Origin: an uncultured virus (IMG/VR IMGVR_UViG_3300013306_000014)
Taxonomy: Duplodnaviria; Heunggongvirae; Uroviricota; Caudoviricetes
Reading direction: 5' to 3' (one strand)
Length of the DNA: 64,000 nt
IMG/VR virus record: IMGVR_UViG_3300013306_000014
This document shows positions 9,724 through 18,818 of this stretch, one piece after another. A model generated the notes under the pieces. It did no database searches, was not told the DNA's origin, and was given only the letters and a program-made list of their open reading frames with translations. A program made the position numbers and the translations under genes. Position 1 is the stretch's first letter. Each line of letters begins with the position of its first letter.

Positions 9724-10387
9724 TATTACCGCTCTCTGCAATGGCGTTAGTACCGGGCTTTTTAGCAGCCCTCAAGGCCGCTGCAATAACGGGAGCGAGT
9801 TTCTCACCAACGAGTTCCTCAAGAGGTAGCTCGTAGCGATCGTAGATGTGGCACAACATCACCAGACACCGGGTCTTGGATGCGTCTTCTGCACGCGGAG
9901 CCAAGATGTCTACCAGATCGTTCTCGATCGTGAAGACTTGACGCATGTCGTTGTTATCAACGTGCATCCCCTGAATCTGAACCAACTTGTGGATAGTTGG
10001 GATGTTGACACCAGGTTCATGACGCGCCACTCGAGTGGGTACGTCTACAAACAATGGGGGCACATCGTACAGTTTCACGCCTTCCTGATCGACAACTTCG
10101 ATCTCATTGTTGAGACCATCGGCTACATTCAAGTAGTGACCGATTTCAACTTCTTCCCGACGAATCCACTTACGTAGAACCGGCAGAAGGATGTTGACGA
10201 AGTATTGCTCAGGGACCTTACGCTTACGCTCAGCCGTGGAGTCATTGATCTCCGTAGCTGCTTTAGCCATCCGTTCAAGACCTTCCTGAACATAAGCCCG
10301 GTAAGCTTCAGAGCCTTTATCCTCAAGATCCTCACGGGGCTTGTTGCGGATTACAGGCTTTCTTTCACGAGGACCAGTGCGGGACAT
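9689..10387 (-). CDS. hypothetical protein (phiKZ gp64-like position)
   Basis: 232 aa, SD AGGAG, within the core block. Confidence 0.75.
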   Translation of the reverse strand: MSRTGPRERKPVIRNKPREDLEDKGSEAYRAYVQEGLERMAKAATEINDSTAERKRKVPEQYFVNILLPVLRKWIRREEVEIGHYLNVADGLNNEIEVVDQEGVKLYDVPPLFVDVPTRVARHEPGVNIPTIHKLVQIQGMHVDNNDMRQVFTIENDLVDILAPRAEDASKTRCLVMLCHIYDRYELPLEELVGEKLAPVIAAALRAAKKPGTNAIAESGNNARSDDDFIID

Positions 10388-10436
10388 AAAAAACTCCTAG
10401 AGACGAGGGAGCCGAAGCTCCCTGTCAGGCCGGCAA

Positions 10437-10970
10437 TTAAACCGGATCGGCGTCGTTCTGAGCCTGGTTCAGCAGGGCTTCAGCAGCGGCGTCCAGTTGT
10501 GCGTCAACAGCGAGGTTGCTGGTGATGTACCAGACATCGCCAGGCACGGTGGATTGCGACAGAACCAGCTTGGCAACCTTTTGCAGAGCTTCGTACGGCA
10601 TGCCGGAGTCGATCCACTCTTCGCTGCCAGCGGCGCGGGTGGTGATGTCGACGCTCAGAGGCTCGTCGCCAGCTTCGGTGTTGGCGCTGACCACGGCACG
10701 CAGGCAACCGGCGTACGGAGTGCGGGTCAGGACCGGACGCATGGCCAGTTGGGCTTTGTACTGCGCTTCGTTGTTCAGGGCCTTCAGGGCGCCGGACAGG
10801 ACAACGCGAGCGAAGTGGGTAGCGTTTTCCGGGATGTTCAGCAGGTCTGTGACGCTGGCCGCTACGAACGCTTTCAGTTGTTCAGGGGTTTCTGGCATGT
10901 AGATCGGGGCAGGTGCGGCTACAGCAGCGGTGCCAACGGTTTCGTTTTCTTTACTGATTTCAGCAGACAT
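10437..10970 (-). CDS. hypothetical protein
   Basis: 177 aa, SD TAAGGA, biased codon usage, followed by a hairpin. Confidence 0.8.
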   Translation of the reverse strand: MSAEISKENETVGTAAVAAPAPIYMPETPEQLKAFVAASVTDLLNIPENATHFARVVLSGALKALNNEAQYKAQLAMRPVLTRTPYAGCLRAVVSANTEAGDEPLSVDITTRAAGSEEWIDSGMPYEALQKVAKLVLSQSTVPGDVWYITSNLAVDAQLDAAAEALLNQAQNDADPV

Positions 10971-10979
10971 GGGTCTTCC

Positions 10980-11405
10980 TTAGGAGGAGTACAGTGTTGT
11001 ACCACTGTTGGTGTTGAGGATTGTTTTCAGCATGGAATCTTTGGCGGTGAGAGCGTATCCGATGCTTCGTGAATCTACATCGATGCTGTCTCCGTCGCTT
11101 ACTATTCCCTCGATTAGTAAAGAAATACCTGGACCCACCGTTGTGGTGTCCAAAGTAACTTCCAGAGTAACGCTGCTGAAACCTTCTGAGAGGAAGCTGT
11201 AGAGATCTGACTTCAACTTCTCGGCAATGGCGAAGGGATCGTTGCCGTATTGCTGTATGACCTTTGTAAGCGAGTGTACGTTGTCTTTGAAGTAGGTTGT
11301 CTGGCTGTATTTCGAAAAGAAGTAACAGCACATCATGTAATCGATCTTGAGATCAATATCTTCGACACAACCAGCCTTACCTAGAGTTGCTACTTTAATG
11401 GCCAT
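10980..11405 (-). CDS. conserved jumbo-phage protein (phiKZ gp62-like)
   Basis: 141 aa, SKYSQT..NVHSLTKVIQ segment and synteny. Confidence 0.7.
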   Translation of the reverse strand: MAIKVATLGKAGCVEDIDLKIDYMMCCYFFSKYSQTTYFKDNVHSLTKVIQQYGNDPFAIAEKLKSDLYSFLSEGFSSVTLEVTLDTTTVGPGISLLIEGIVSDGDSIDVDSRSIGYALTAKDSMLKTILNTNSGTTLYSS

Positions 11406-11442
11406 AGCGGATCTGCCTAATAGAATCGGACATCCTATTTGG

Positions 11443-11494
11443 ACAAAAAAAAGAAGTAGGTAGCAGGGAGCCGAAGCTCCCTGTGGTTTATGCT
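11443..11494. terminator. bidirectional terminator
   Basis: CAGGGAGC/GCTCCCTG stem; TTCTTTTTTTTGT on -, TTTATGC on +. Confidence 0.8.
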
Positions 11495-11496
11495 GC

Positions 11497-11715
11497 TTAC
11501 GGCTCGACGGTAATGGTCGTCTTGCCAGACTTGAATGTAACCAGATATCCAGTATCAGCTAACGAGATATTCAGTACGGCGTCATCTGGAGCTTCCATCG
11601 TAGCTACAACGAGGACATCTCCTTGTTCATGGGTTAGAGCGTTATCCTCTTCCATGCTAAGAATAGCTAAAGCGATTTCACAGCGGGTCGTGTACTCCCC
11701 TACGTGTTTCGACAT
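11497..11715 (-). CDS. hypothetical protein
   Basis: Start reassigned to MSKHVG (SD AGGAG). Confidence 0.55.
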   Translation of the reverse strand: MSKHVGEYTTRCEIALAILSMEEDNALTHEQGDVLVVATMEAPDDAVLNISLADTGYLVTFKSGKTTITVEP

Positions 11716-12214
11716 GTTCAGCTCCTGACTCTTTAAATGGTTGTTTCGAAGGTCTCCCACGTCTCGCTCCGGGTACGAAGAATGCTGCACCGAAGCATCG
11801 ATTACGCCATACTCCTTCGATATGCGGTTTATAGTTGAGTTCCTGACACACTCCTTCCATGAAGTAAATAGCCGCTGGTCTATCGTCATCCTCTACCTGA
11901 CCTGCAACTATCAATCCAATCCTTTCGGCTACCCGATGTCCATCGAGTAACGCAAACTCTTCTGCGCCGAATTCATGGGTATCGAACTTAAAGGTGACGT
12001 AGTAAACGATGAGTTCTTTACCGTACCCGCGTAAGACACTTACGTATCCGTGGGCATCTTCCCAAGTAATCGGTGCGTCGGTTGTACTGAGAGCAATGCC
12101 GAGCTCTGGAAGGATATCCTGACGCGTATCGAAGTTTGAACCTTCGAGAAGTATCTCCGTGAATGCACTGGTCTTATCACGGGCCGTATGGAGTATCCCT
12201 TTAACTAGAAACAT
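11678..12214 (-). CDS. hypothetical protein
   Basis: 178 aa, SD AGGAG. Confidence 0.7.
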   Translation of the reverse strand: MFLVKGILHTARDKTSAFTEILLEGSNFDTRQDILPELGIALSTTDAPITWEDAHGYVSVLRGYGKELIVYYVTFKFDTHEFGAEEFALLDGHRVAERIGLIVAGQVEDDDRPAAIYFMEGVCQELNYKPHIEGVWRNRCFGAAFFVPGARRGRPSKQPFKESGAEHVETRRGVHDPL

Positions 12215-12230
12215 GTATCGTTACTCCTGA

Positions 12231-12270
12231 CAAAAATAAAGGGCATAAAGCCCGGCTTTCACCGGGCTCT
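12231..12270 (-). terminator. hairpin plus TTTATGCC plus T-tract
   Basis: AGCCCGG/CCGGGCT stem after the 12276 stop. Confidence 0.8.
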
Positions 12271-12275
12271 ACGTT

Positions 12276-12902
12276 TTACAGTGTGTTACCAATCGGGCTG
12301 AGTGGATCTTGCTTGCCTTCGTCGATGAAGCCACGCTGAGCTGCCCATGTCCCATGACGGGTCATGTCTTTCTCATTGAACGTAAATGGTTCATCACCAT
12401 GTTCGTCTTGTACCAGAAGATAGGTCACGAAGTGATCTTCATCTGGAATGTCTTGACTAACGTACGCACCGTTCATGATTTCACGGTACGGCGTATGGTC
12501 TCGACCAATCATGCCTGGTTCTTCGTCTTCGTAAAGCTCGCCATAGCCTTCCAAGCGTCCTTGTTGCCAGAGACGTCGGGTTCTTGGTTCGGCCATTGCT
12601 GCTCGACGCATCTTCGGCTTGGCATTACGCAACCCTTCACGAGTTGCCAGAAGAACGATTCTATCCTCGTCCCACCGTTTACCAAACCTGTCACGTAGGC
12701 CACTCACGCGATCCCGCAGACGACCGAGATCGAAGTTAGCCAGCCTGTCGCTAGCCGCCTTTAAGAAGCTGGATGCATATCCGCCAGCAGACGACATTGC
12801 GCTGTCCATGCGATCTCGCAGGAAGCTCAGGTCATCCCTGTCCATGATACCGTGAGTGGCAGCATGGATTACGTCATCATCAGCACTTACGATGTAAGCC
12901 AT
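12276..12902 (-). CDS. conserved core protein downstream of nvRNAP beta' (probably phiKZ gp59/Imp3-like)
   Basis: Start MAYIVS (SD GGGAG); homolog name from synteny only. Confidence 0.55.
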   Translation of the reverse strand: MAYIVSADDDVIHAATHGIMDRDDLSFLRDRMDSAMSSAGGYASSFLKAASDRLANFDLGRLRDRVSGLRDRFGKRWDEDRIVLLATREGLRNAKPKMRRAAMAEPRTRRLWQQGRLEGYGELYEDEEPGMIGRDHTPYREIMNGAYVSQDIPDEDHFVTYLLVQDEHGDEPFTFNEKDMTRHGTWAAQRGFIDEGKQDPLSPIGNTL

Positions 12903-12903
12903 G

Positions 12904-14394
12904 TCAATCTCCCATGGGTACTGATAGGTCGTTTCCTTCCTCAATACGTGCGTTGATTGTAGAGATAACCGGCGCAGGTATGTTTGCGTGGTTACTCACT
13001 CCGAAGACCTTCTTGAGGTCCATGAACCCAGTACTTGGTTTCAGGCGCTCGAAAGCCCTTGCTGTCACGTTATCCAGTGCCAATTGTCCAGACATGTAGT
13101 CACCATCGAAGTCGGCGTTAGGCGCTACCAGCGTCAACACAGAGATGGATGTACTCAATTGGGTAGGATCGCGTTTGATCGTATCGATGTAGAAGCCTTG
13201 CGTAGAACCACGCTTAAGCGATGGGAACCGCGTAAAGCCTGCCATCATCCCTCGACCGCCTGGAGATTCGGCGATCAACTCGTCGAAGATCTTCTCAATG
13301 CGGTGGTGCGTCCGAAGAACGTTATCGTAGACCAGCGTCAAGATTTCGTTAGGAGTATACTTCTCCTTCCGTAGCTTGTTCGCGATGTGGAGCTTAAACG
13401 TCAGAACAGCTGAACCCCATGGAATCTCGAGAGACTCGTGATCGTGAGGTTTGTGGTTCGAGGTGATTACCGTACGGAACGTAAAGTGCGGCGATACACC
13501 GTAAACCAGTTTTCGCAATACTCCTTTCTTGTCAAAGATTTTGAGGTGCTCGTTACCAGAGTAATAGGTGCAGAGCTTATTGCTTGACCGTGCGATCCGG
13601 GATTCAAGATCGTACAGCGAAATGCGCTTGGCTGATGCTACCTTGCCAAGACAGATGAGCGCATCCAGTGCGGGCGCCATCTTTGGATCGACATACGTAC
13701 GGTCGCACACATCTTCGACGATGAAACCAATCTTGGATGGGAACGGCATGTAGCGACAGAAGATCAGGTGTTTGTGGATATCAATGAAACGCATCGTGCT
13801 AGCAGCTTTGGCCGCTGTTACGAAGTGCCTGATTGCGCACAACTTGGACATGATCTCATCGAAGTTCTTATGGAAGTAGACCAACCCACGAGTAGGTACG
13901 ATCGCTTCAATAAGACGCTCTTCTTTGCTGTTAAGCTTAGGAGGGCGATACTTTGGATCAAGGATGTAGTCGAAGACGCTGAATGAGGACTTGGTGAATC
14001 GGGCCTTGAGCAACCGGTAGATTGTCAAGTTGATGAACCCAGGAACTTCGTCAGGTGCCCTTACCCAGACGATAGGTTCGATCGTTTGCTCTGTGATCGG
14101 TAGTACTTCATAACCGCAGTGAATACAGTTGTCATGAATACGGCTACCGCCAGAAGTCTTACGACATGGACACGCCGGCACGTTGGAGAACACGTCACCA
14201 TCGTACTTGGTGTAGACCAGATCGTTGAACCGCTGTTTACCTTCATCTGTTTCGAGATCCAGATCGTTTGCCAACATCGGCTTAATGCTCAAGTTCTTGA
14301 ACATCAGGTCGAAGTCTTCAATGATCGGATAGATACCCTTACGCCCCGGATAACGCTGACGTGGCTCGTAGATATCGTAATTAATCAAATCCAT
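12904..14394 (-). CDS. non-virion RNA polymerase beta'-like subunit (phiKZ gp55-like) with catalytic motif
   Basis: PNADFDGD catalytic loop, CPC..CIHC zinc ribbon, KKGVLRK, RFPSLKRGS; directly downstream of chimallin. Confidence 0.95.
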   Translation of the reverse strand: MDLINYDIYEPRQRYPGRKGIYPIIEDFDLMFKNLSIKPMLANDLDLETDEGKQRFNDLVYTKYDGDVFSNVPACPCRKTSGGSRIHDNCIHCGYEVLPITEQTIEPIVWVRAPDEVPGFINLTIYRLLKARFTKSSFSVFDYILDPKYRPPKLNSKEERLIEAIVPTRGLVYFHKNFDEIMSKLCAIRHFVTAAKAASTMRFIDIHKHLIFCRYMPFPSKIGFIVEDVCDRTYVDPKMAPALDALICLGKVASAKRISLYDLESRIARSSNKLCTYYSGNEHLKIFDKKGVLRKLVYGVSPHFTFRTVITSNHKPHDHESLEIPWGSAVLTFKLHIANKLRKEKYTPNEILTLVYDNVLRTHHRIEKIFDELIAESPGGRGMMAGFTRFPSLKRGSTQGFYIDTIKRDPTQLSTSISVLTLVAPNADFDGDYMSGQLALDNVTARAFERLKPSTGFMDLKKVFGVSNHANIPAPVISTINARIEEGNDLSVPMGD

Positions 14395-14410
14395 GGCGCT
14401 TCTCGCAGAT

Positions 14411-14449
14411 AAAGAAAAAAGAAACAGGAGGAGGGTTGCCCCTCCTCCC
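14411..14449 (-). terminator. intrinsic terminator after chmA
   Basis: GGAGGAGGG/CCCCTCCTCC imperfect stem followed by TTTCTTTTTTCTTT. Confidence 0.75.
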
Positions 14450-14474
14450 GTGTCAGTTTACCGCATCTGCCGAC

Positions 14475-16493
14475 TTAGTAGTCGATGGTGTCGAACAGAC
14501 CACCACGGCCACGATCAGCGGTGGTGCGGTCGGAACCACGACGACGGCTGATGCCGATGTCGGAAGTTGCCAGCTGCGACCAGTTGCTGCCACCAACGTG
14601 ACGACGAGTGTTCAGACCGCCTTCGGCAGTCATGTAGCTCGACATGTCAGCTGCGTCCAGGGAGCGCGACAGCGCCTCGAGGAAGTCAGGCTCGAAGCCC
14701 AGCAGCGGAGCGGTGGTGGTAACGCGGATGCCCGGAACAACCTTCTGGAGGTAGGCCAGACGTTCTGCCAGGCAGAAGTCCACGGTGTTGCGATCGTTTT
14801 CGTAGGTGTACTGGAAGTCAGTAACCAGGTCGATGTTCATCTCGCCAACTTCGGTGAGGAGAGACTGGACGTTCCATTCACGCAGGTCACGCACGTTGCC
14901 TTGGGTATCAACCCAAGTACCGATCAGCTGACGAGTACCCATCGAACGCACTGGAGCTACGTCGGTGGAACCAGCCAGGTCCTTGTAGGCGCGGCTGAAG
15001 CGGTTGCCCGACAGAACGTCGGCAGCTTCGAACAGCGTCTTGGTGTGACGACGAGCAACGTCGGTATCGCGAGTGGTCGCGATGCTTTCGAAGATCGAGA
15101 GAACCGAGGACTTCTCGCCCGAGCTTGGGATCATCATGACGATGGCCAGTTTCGGGAAGACCGTGAACGCGAGGTAATCGCTCAGATCGTTGTCGTCCAT
15201 GTTCGTAGACACGTCGTCGAAGATCTTGGCGAAGTCGCGGTTCGGGTTCAGCAAGTGCAGGCAGTTGATGTTGCTGGTAGGCTTCATCACGCCGGTGCCG
15301 TCTGGGTTGCTGATTGCAGTGCGAGGACGCAGCTGGGAAGCCCAGCGGTAGTCGTTCGATTGCAGGTTGGCCTGAGCCAACAGCAGCAGTGCCAGTTCCA
15401 GGGAGAACGGGAAGTTCGGCGCTGGAGCGATCGAGGTGATGTTCAGTACAGCCTGGATGAACGGCAGACCGTCTTCTTGCGACTTGCGGCGACGCGAGAA
15501 GGATGGACCGCTGGACTGTTCACGATCATCGGCCAGGAAGAGGTCGATACCGGCACGGATTTCGCCCATTGGGGTACGGTCGTACTGGTTGTCGTCTTCG
15601 TTGCTGGCTTCGCTGTAGAACAGGTTACCGGTGCAGTCGGAACGGATCGGCTGACCCGAGCTGTCTTCGCCTGGCTGACCACTGTAGTTCCAGGTGGTTT
15701 CCAGACGGCCGGTACGACCGATCATTTTCGGGCTGATGCGGAAGGCGCTGTTGCGGGAACCACCGGCCTTGTCGACTAGGTTTTCGCGGTAGCCGCACAG
15801 TGCGTCGAGGGCGTTGTCGAAGATACGATCGACGACGGCGCTGTTTTCTTCTTTGTTCAGCTTCGCTACAACCGACGACAGCAGAACTTGCGAACCGATC
15901 ACCACAACCTTGGCATCTTTGTTCAGGCCAGCGACCTGATCTTCGATGGCGCGTTTGTACGGCTTGGTAGCCAGTTGGTCTTCAGGCAGAACGATCGCAT
16001 CGTAAGTGGTGCCACGATCGACCTGACTGCGAGTACCGTGGCCGCCGGCCGGTTCGATGGTCAGAACGTAAACCAGAGTTGCCTTGCCAGCGCCGATGAC
16101 GATTGGCAGAGTTACCAGCAGCGAGTTCAGCGAGGACTTGGCCAGGGAGCCGTCCAGCGGAATCACTTTGAAGCGGTCGCGCTTGATTGCATCAGGCAGG
16201 TTCGGTTTGTCGAACGCCTTGTTCTTCTCGAACGCAGCCATGAGTGCGGACAGAGCAGCATCGCTCAGGCCACCGCTGGATGGACGGACGTTCAGGGTAC
16301 GGCCGATGTCCGCAATCGTGAACGCACGTTCTTCGCCTTCTTCACGGTCATCGCGATCGCGGCGGGTGTTGCGTTCTTCACGACGTGGCTCTTCGCGACG
16401 TTCTTCACGGCGCTCAGATGCTGGAGCTTCGGCGCGTGGGGTTGGTGCGTCATCTTTCATTTCGAAGCCGTCGTTACCGTTTTCTTTGCTCAC
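14475..16493 (-). CDS. chmA: chimallin, phage nuclear shell protein (phiKZ gp54-like)
   Basis: About 670 aa, highly biased codons, directly upstream of nvRNAP beta' and divergent from the gp52-like gene; GQPIRSD and LELALLLLA segments; start GTG 16493 with SD AGGAG. Confidence 0.88.
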   Translation of the reverse strand: MSKENGNDGFEMKDDAPTPRAEAPASERREERREEPRREERNTRRDRDDREEGEERAFTIADIGRTLNVRPSSGGLSDAALSALMAAFEKNKAFDKPNLPDAIKRDRFKVIPLDGSLAKSSLNSLLVTLPIVIGAGKATLVYVLTIEPAGGHGTRSQVDRGTTYDAIVLPEDQLATKPYKRAIEDQVAGLNKDAKVVVIGSQVLLSSVVAKLNKEENSAVVDRIFDNALDALCGYRENLVDKAGGSRNSAFRISPKMIGRTGRLETTWNYSGQPGEDSSGQPIRSDCTGNLFYSEASNEDDNQYDRTPMGEIRAGIDLFLADDREQSSGPSFSRRRKSQEDGLPFIQAVLNITSIAPAPNFPFSLELALLLLAQANLQSNDYRWASQLRPRTAISNPDGTGVMKPTSNINCLHLLNPNRDFAKIFDDVSTNMDDNDLSDYLAFTVFPKLAIVMMIPSSGEKSSVLSIFESIATTRDTDVARRHTKTLFEAADVLSGNRFSRAYKDLAGSTDVAPVRSMGTRQLIGTWVDTQGNVRDLREWNVQSLLTEVGEMNIDLVTDFQYTYENDRNTVDFCLAERLAYLQKVVPGIRVTTTAPLLGFEPDFLEALSRSLDAADMSSYMTAEGGLNTRRHVGGSNWSQLATSDIGISRRRGSDRTTADRGRGGLFDTIDY

Positions 16494-16734
16494 TGGTACT
16501 ACTCCTAAAGATTTTGTGTACACATTTATTGCGATGGTGCCTAACTGGCAGTTACGGTACTATTACCCTTATCGCTATCAGGGATTCCCGGCAATACCCA
16601 CCGTCGTGAATAGCACGGGCTTGAACCGGTTGCACTAAACCGGCTTTACGCTGCGGGTCTTAAGATTCTGTTGCTGTGTGACTTTTTACTTAGATCACTT
16701 CGACTTTCCTTATCTACTGGTTAAACTCAATCAG

Positions 16735-16820
16735 GTAATGTATACCTGTAAATCTTTTAGATTCGAATTAGCTAATGCTATCGTTTCTGCCAGTTGGTAA
16801 TGTATCACCTAAAATAAGTT
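16735..16820 (-). promoter_or_regulatory. tandem putative early promoters for chmA
   Basis: TACATTAC at 16735-16742 (with upstream AAAA) and at 16797-16804. Confidence 0.7.
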
Positions 16821-16969
16821 GGTCGCGGTCCAAATAAAATGACTCTAAACAGCGTACTAGGGTAGCAGACGCTGTCGAGACATTCGGGTTACGAATGTCT
16901 TCGAGGGATCTACTATATAATAGTGAACATGTGTAACTTTTTACGCAACCATCTATCCGGGACATTAAA

Positions 16970-18055
16970 ATGTATCAGTTACTTAATCGGACAACCCGGT
17001 TTGAGAATTCGCCTTTCCAGTTCCCCCGGATGGACTATCTGCGTGGGAGGGTTAGCGAGAACTATAAGAAGTACGTAACCGAACGCGGTAGTTATCCAGG
17101 TCGTGTCGACAGCTCTCATCTATTAGCTAAGATCCTCCTGAACCTCAATGTCGAGTTTACAGGGGATCTGGTCAAGTACATGGCTGATTGTGAGATAGCG
17201 GCCAGACGGATGTGTTCTGGACTGGGCATTGCGGCCAGCTTCAGCAAAGGGACCCTATTCACAGAAGGCGTCTTTTATCCGGGCTGCCCTGAGATCATCA
17301 TGTACTCTCGCGATGAGTCGTACACGATCATGGACCTTTGGCGTGGATGGCAGGACCTTGAGCCGGTCACTGTAGTCAATCACCCAATCAGCGATATGAC
17401 AATGGTCGAACTCGGTGTGATGAACTCCATCGACACCGAGAAGCCAGACTTAGCGGTCATCAACATCGACATCCCTCTATTGGCTGCTCAATGGAAGATG
17501 TGGCAGGCAGCTAATCCGGGTAAGTTGATTGAAGCCTTCCTGACTCAGGTTGTTCTACTCAACATGATTAAGAGTCACCTTAACGTGGCTCTGTTCAATA
17601 AGCTGATGGTTCATTTGGGTATTCGCGAAAGCTGCGATGTCAAGACCAATCTACCATTCGGTCAAACATCGGTGAATGACCCAGCTCAAGCTATTGTTGT
17701 TGATGTCTACAGTAAGGTCTCGGCTAAGGCCATGACTGGTGGGCAGATGATGGCTTCTATTCCAGCTATCTTCGGCAGCAACTACCTCGACACCGTTTGT
17801 CTTCCATCCATGACTCCTACCTATCAGGTAGAGTGGGCACTGATGGCGCAAAAGATGGATGCTGTAGCTGTAATGCTGGCGTTTGCTGAGAAGAGTGGTT
17901 ACGACCGCATCCTCAAGGAAACAACCATTCTCAGACGCACTCTCATCCAGATCAAGGAAGAGAAGACGTTCGACAATGGTCTTACTGGGGCTGCCTCGGG
18001 TTACTTGTCTGAGCGGCTTGTAAGGATGGTTGTGGAAAGACTGCCAGCAGCATAA
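16970..18055 (+). CDS. conserved core protein (phiKZ gp52-like)
   Basis: 361 aa between chimallin and DNA polymerase, in the opposite orientation. Confidence 0.75.
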   Translation: MYQLLNRTTRFENSPFQFPRMDYLRGRVSENYKKYVTERGSYPGRVDSSHLLAKILLNLNVEFTGDLVKYMADCEIAARRMCSGLGIAASFSKGTLFTEGVFYPGCPEIIMYSRDESYTIMDLWRGWQDLEPVTVVNHPISDMTMVELGVMNSIDTEKPDLAVINIDIPLLAAQWKMWQAANPGKLIEAFLTQVVLLNMIKSHLNVALFNKLMVHLGIRESCDVKTNLPFGQTSVNDPAQAIVVDVYSKVSAKAMTGGQMMASIPAIFGSNYLDTVCLPSMTPTYQVEWALMAQKMDAVAVMLAFAEKSGYDRILKETTILRRTLIQIKEEKTFDNGLTGAASGYLSERLVRMVVERLPAA

Positions 18056-18089
18056 AACAGAGCGGGGCAGTGCCCCGCTCTGTATGCCG
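18050..18089. terminator. bidirectional terminator, TATGC on both sides
   Basis: ACAGAGCGGGGC/GCCCCGCTCTGT stem between convergent units. Confidence 0.85.
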
Positions 18090-18090
18090 T

Positions 18091-18222
18091 TTACTCGTCT
18101 ACCGGTTCAACTTCTTCGGTAGGTTCTTCAGCTACTTCCGGTTCTGGGATAGCTTCAGTAACGCCGGGCACAGGAGCGCCCAATGGAAGACTATCAGTAC
18201 CGATAAGAATGTTACCGATCAT
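18091..18222 (-). CDS. small acidic protein (43 aa)
   Basis: Manual translation MIGNILIGTDSLPLGAPVPGVTEAIPEPEVAEEPTEEVEPVDE; ends just before the terminator. Confidence 0.5.
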   Translation of the reverse strand: MIGNILIGTDSLPLGAPVPGVTEAIPEPEVAEEPTEEVEPVDE

Positions 18223-18628
18223 TGCTATCACCCTTGGCCACCAAAGCGGTGGCTATGTCGATTGGATTGGCCAACATATACATCTTGGCACTGATAATGA
18301 TCTCATCGCGAAGGATGCGATTTACATCCGCATCAGTCAGGGCGACTTCCATAGCTTCGATGGTCATGTAATCCCACCACCCATTTTTCCTGGCCGTTTC
18401 GATAAAACTAGGCCATTCAATACGAAGCTTCTCGAGATTGATAACCCGATCAACGGCTATGTCTAGCGGTAAGCCGTGGGTGGCCTTAAGTTCGAATAAC
18501 TTGGAGCCTGGGTATAACGCCGCCTGCTATGGAACCCAACCCTGACCGCCCTTGGTCATATCGATCTGAGGTTTAGGTCCATCGCCGAGAGTAAACTTAT
18601 TGAGTAACGTATCAAGTCGTCGGCTCAT
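18212..18628 (-). pseudogene. 138-codon gene with alanyl-tRNA-synthetase-like segment, interrupted by in-frame TAG at 18527-18529
   Basis: ATG 18628 with SD GGAGGTG; MSRRLD..GQGWVP*QAALYPGSKLFELKATHGLPLDIAVDRV..IEWPSFIETARKNGW..; no in-frame ATG/GTG/TTG between the TAG and the motif. Confidence 0.7.
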
Positions 18629-18818
18629 ACACACCTCCAATCAATCTATCGTAAGCTACCTGATTGATCCGCTCCCGGATGTATACGATCGTAGTAGCCA
18701 GTTTCATGGGTAACGGTTCATTGAAGTCATAGAACGCGACGCTGCCGCATTCACCATGACCAAACTTACCACGTTTGATTGTGATACCTGTGATAAATGC
18801 AGCAGCTTTCTGTCTCAT
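18612..18818 (-). CDS. hypothetical protein (68 aa)
   Basis: ATGA overlap with the DNA polymerase stop. Confidence 0.6.
   Translation of the reverse strand: MRQKAAAFITGITIKRGKFGHGECGSVAFYDFNEPLPMKLATTIVYIRERINQVAYDRLIGGVYEPTT

Noticed and set aside
11716..11889. Extended N-terminus of ORF 11497..11889
   Set aside because: Lies entirely inside 11678..12214; a better SD and ATG exist at 11715
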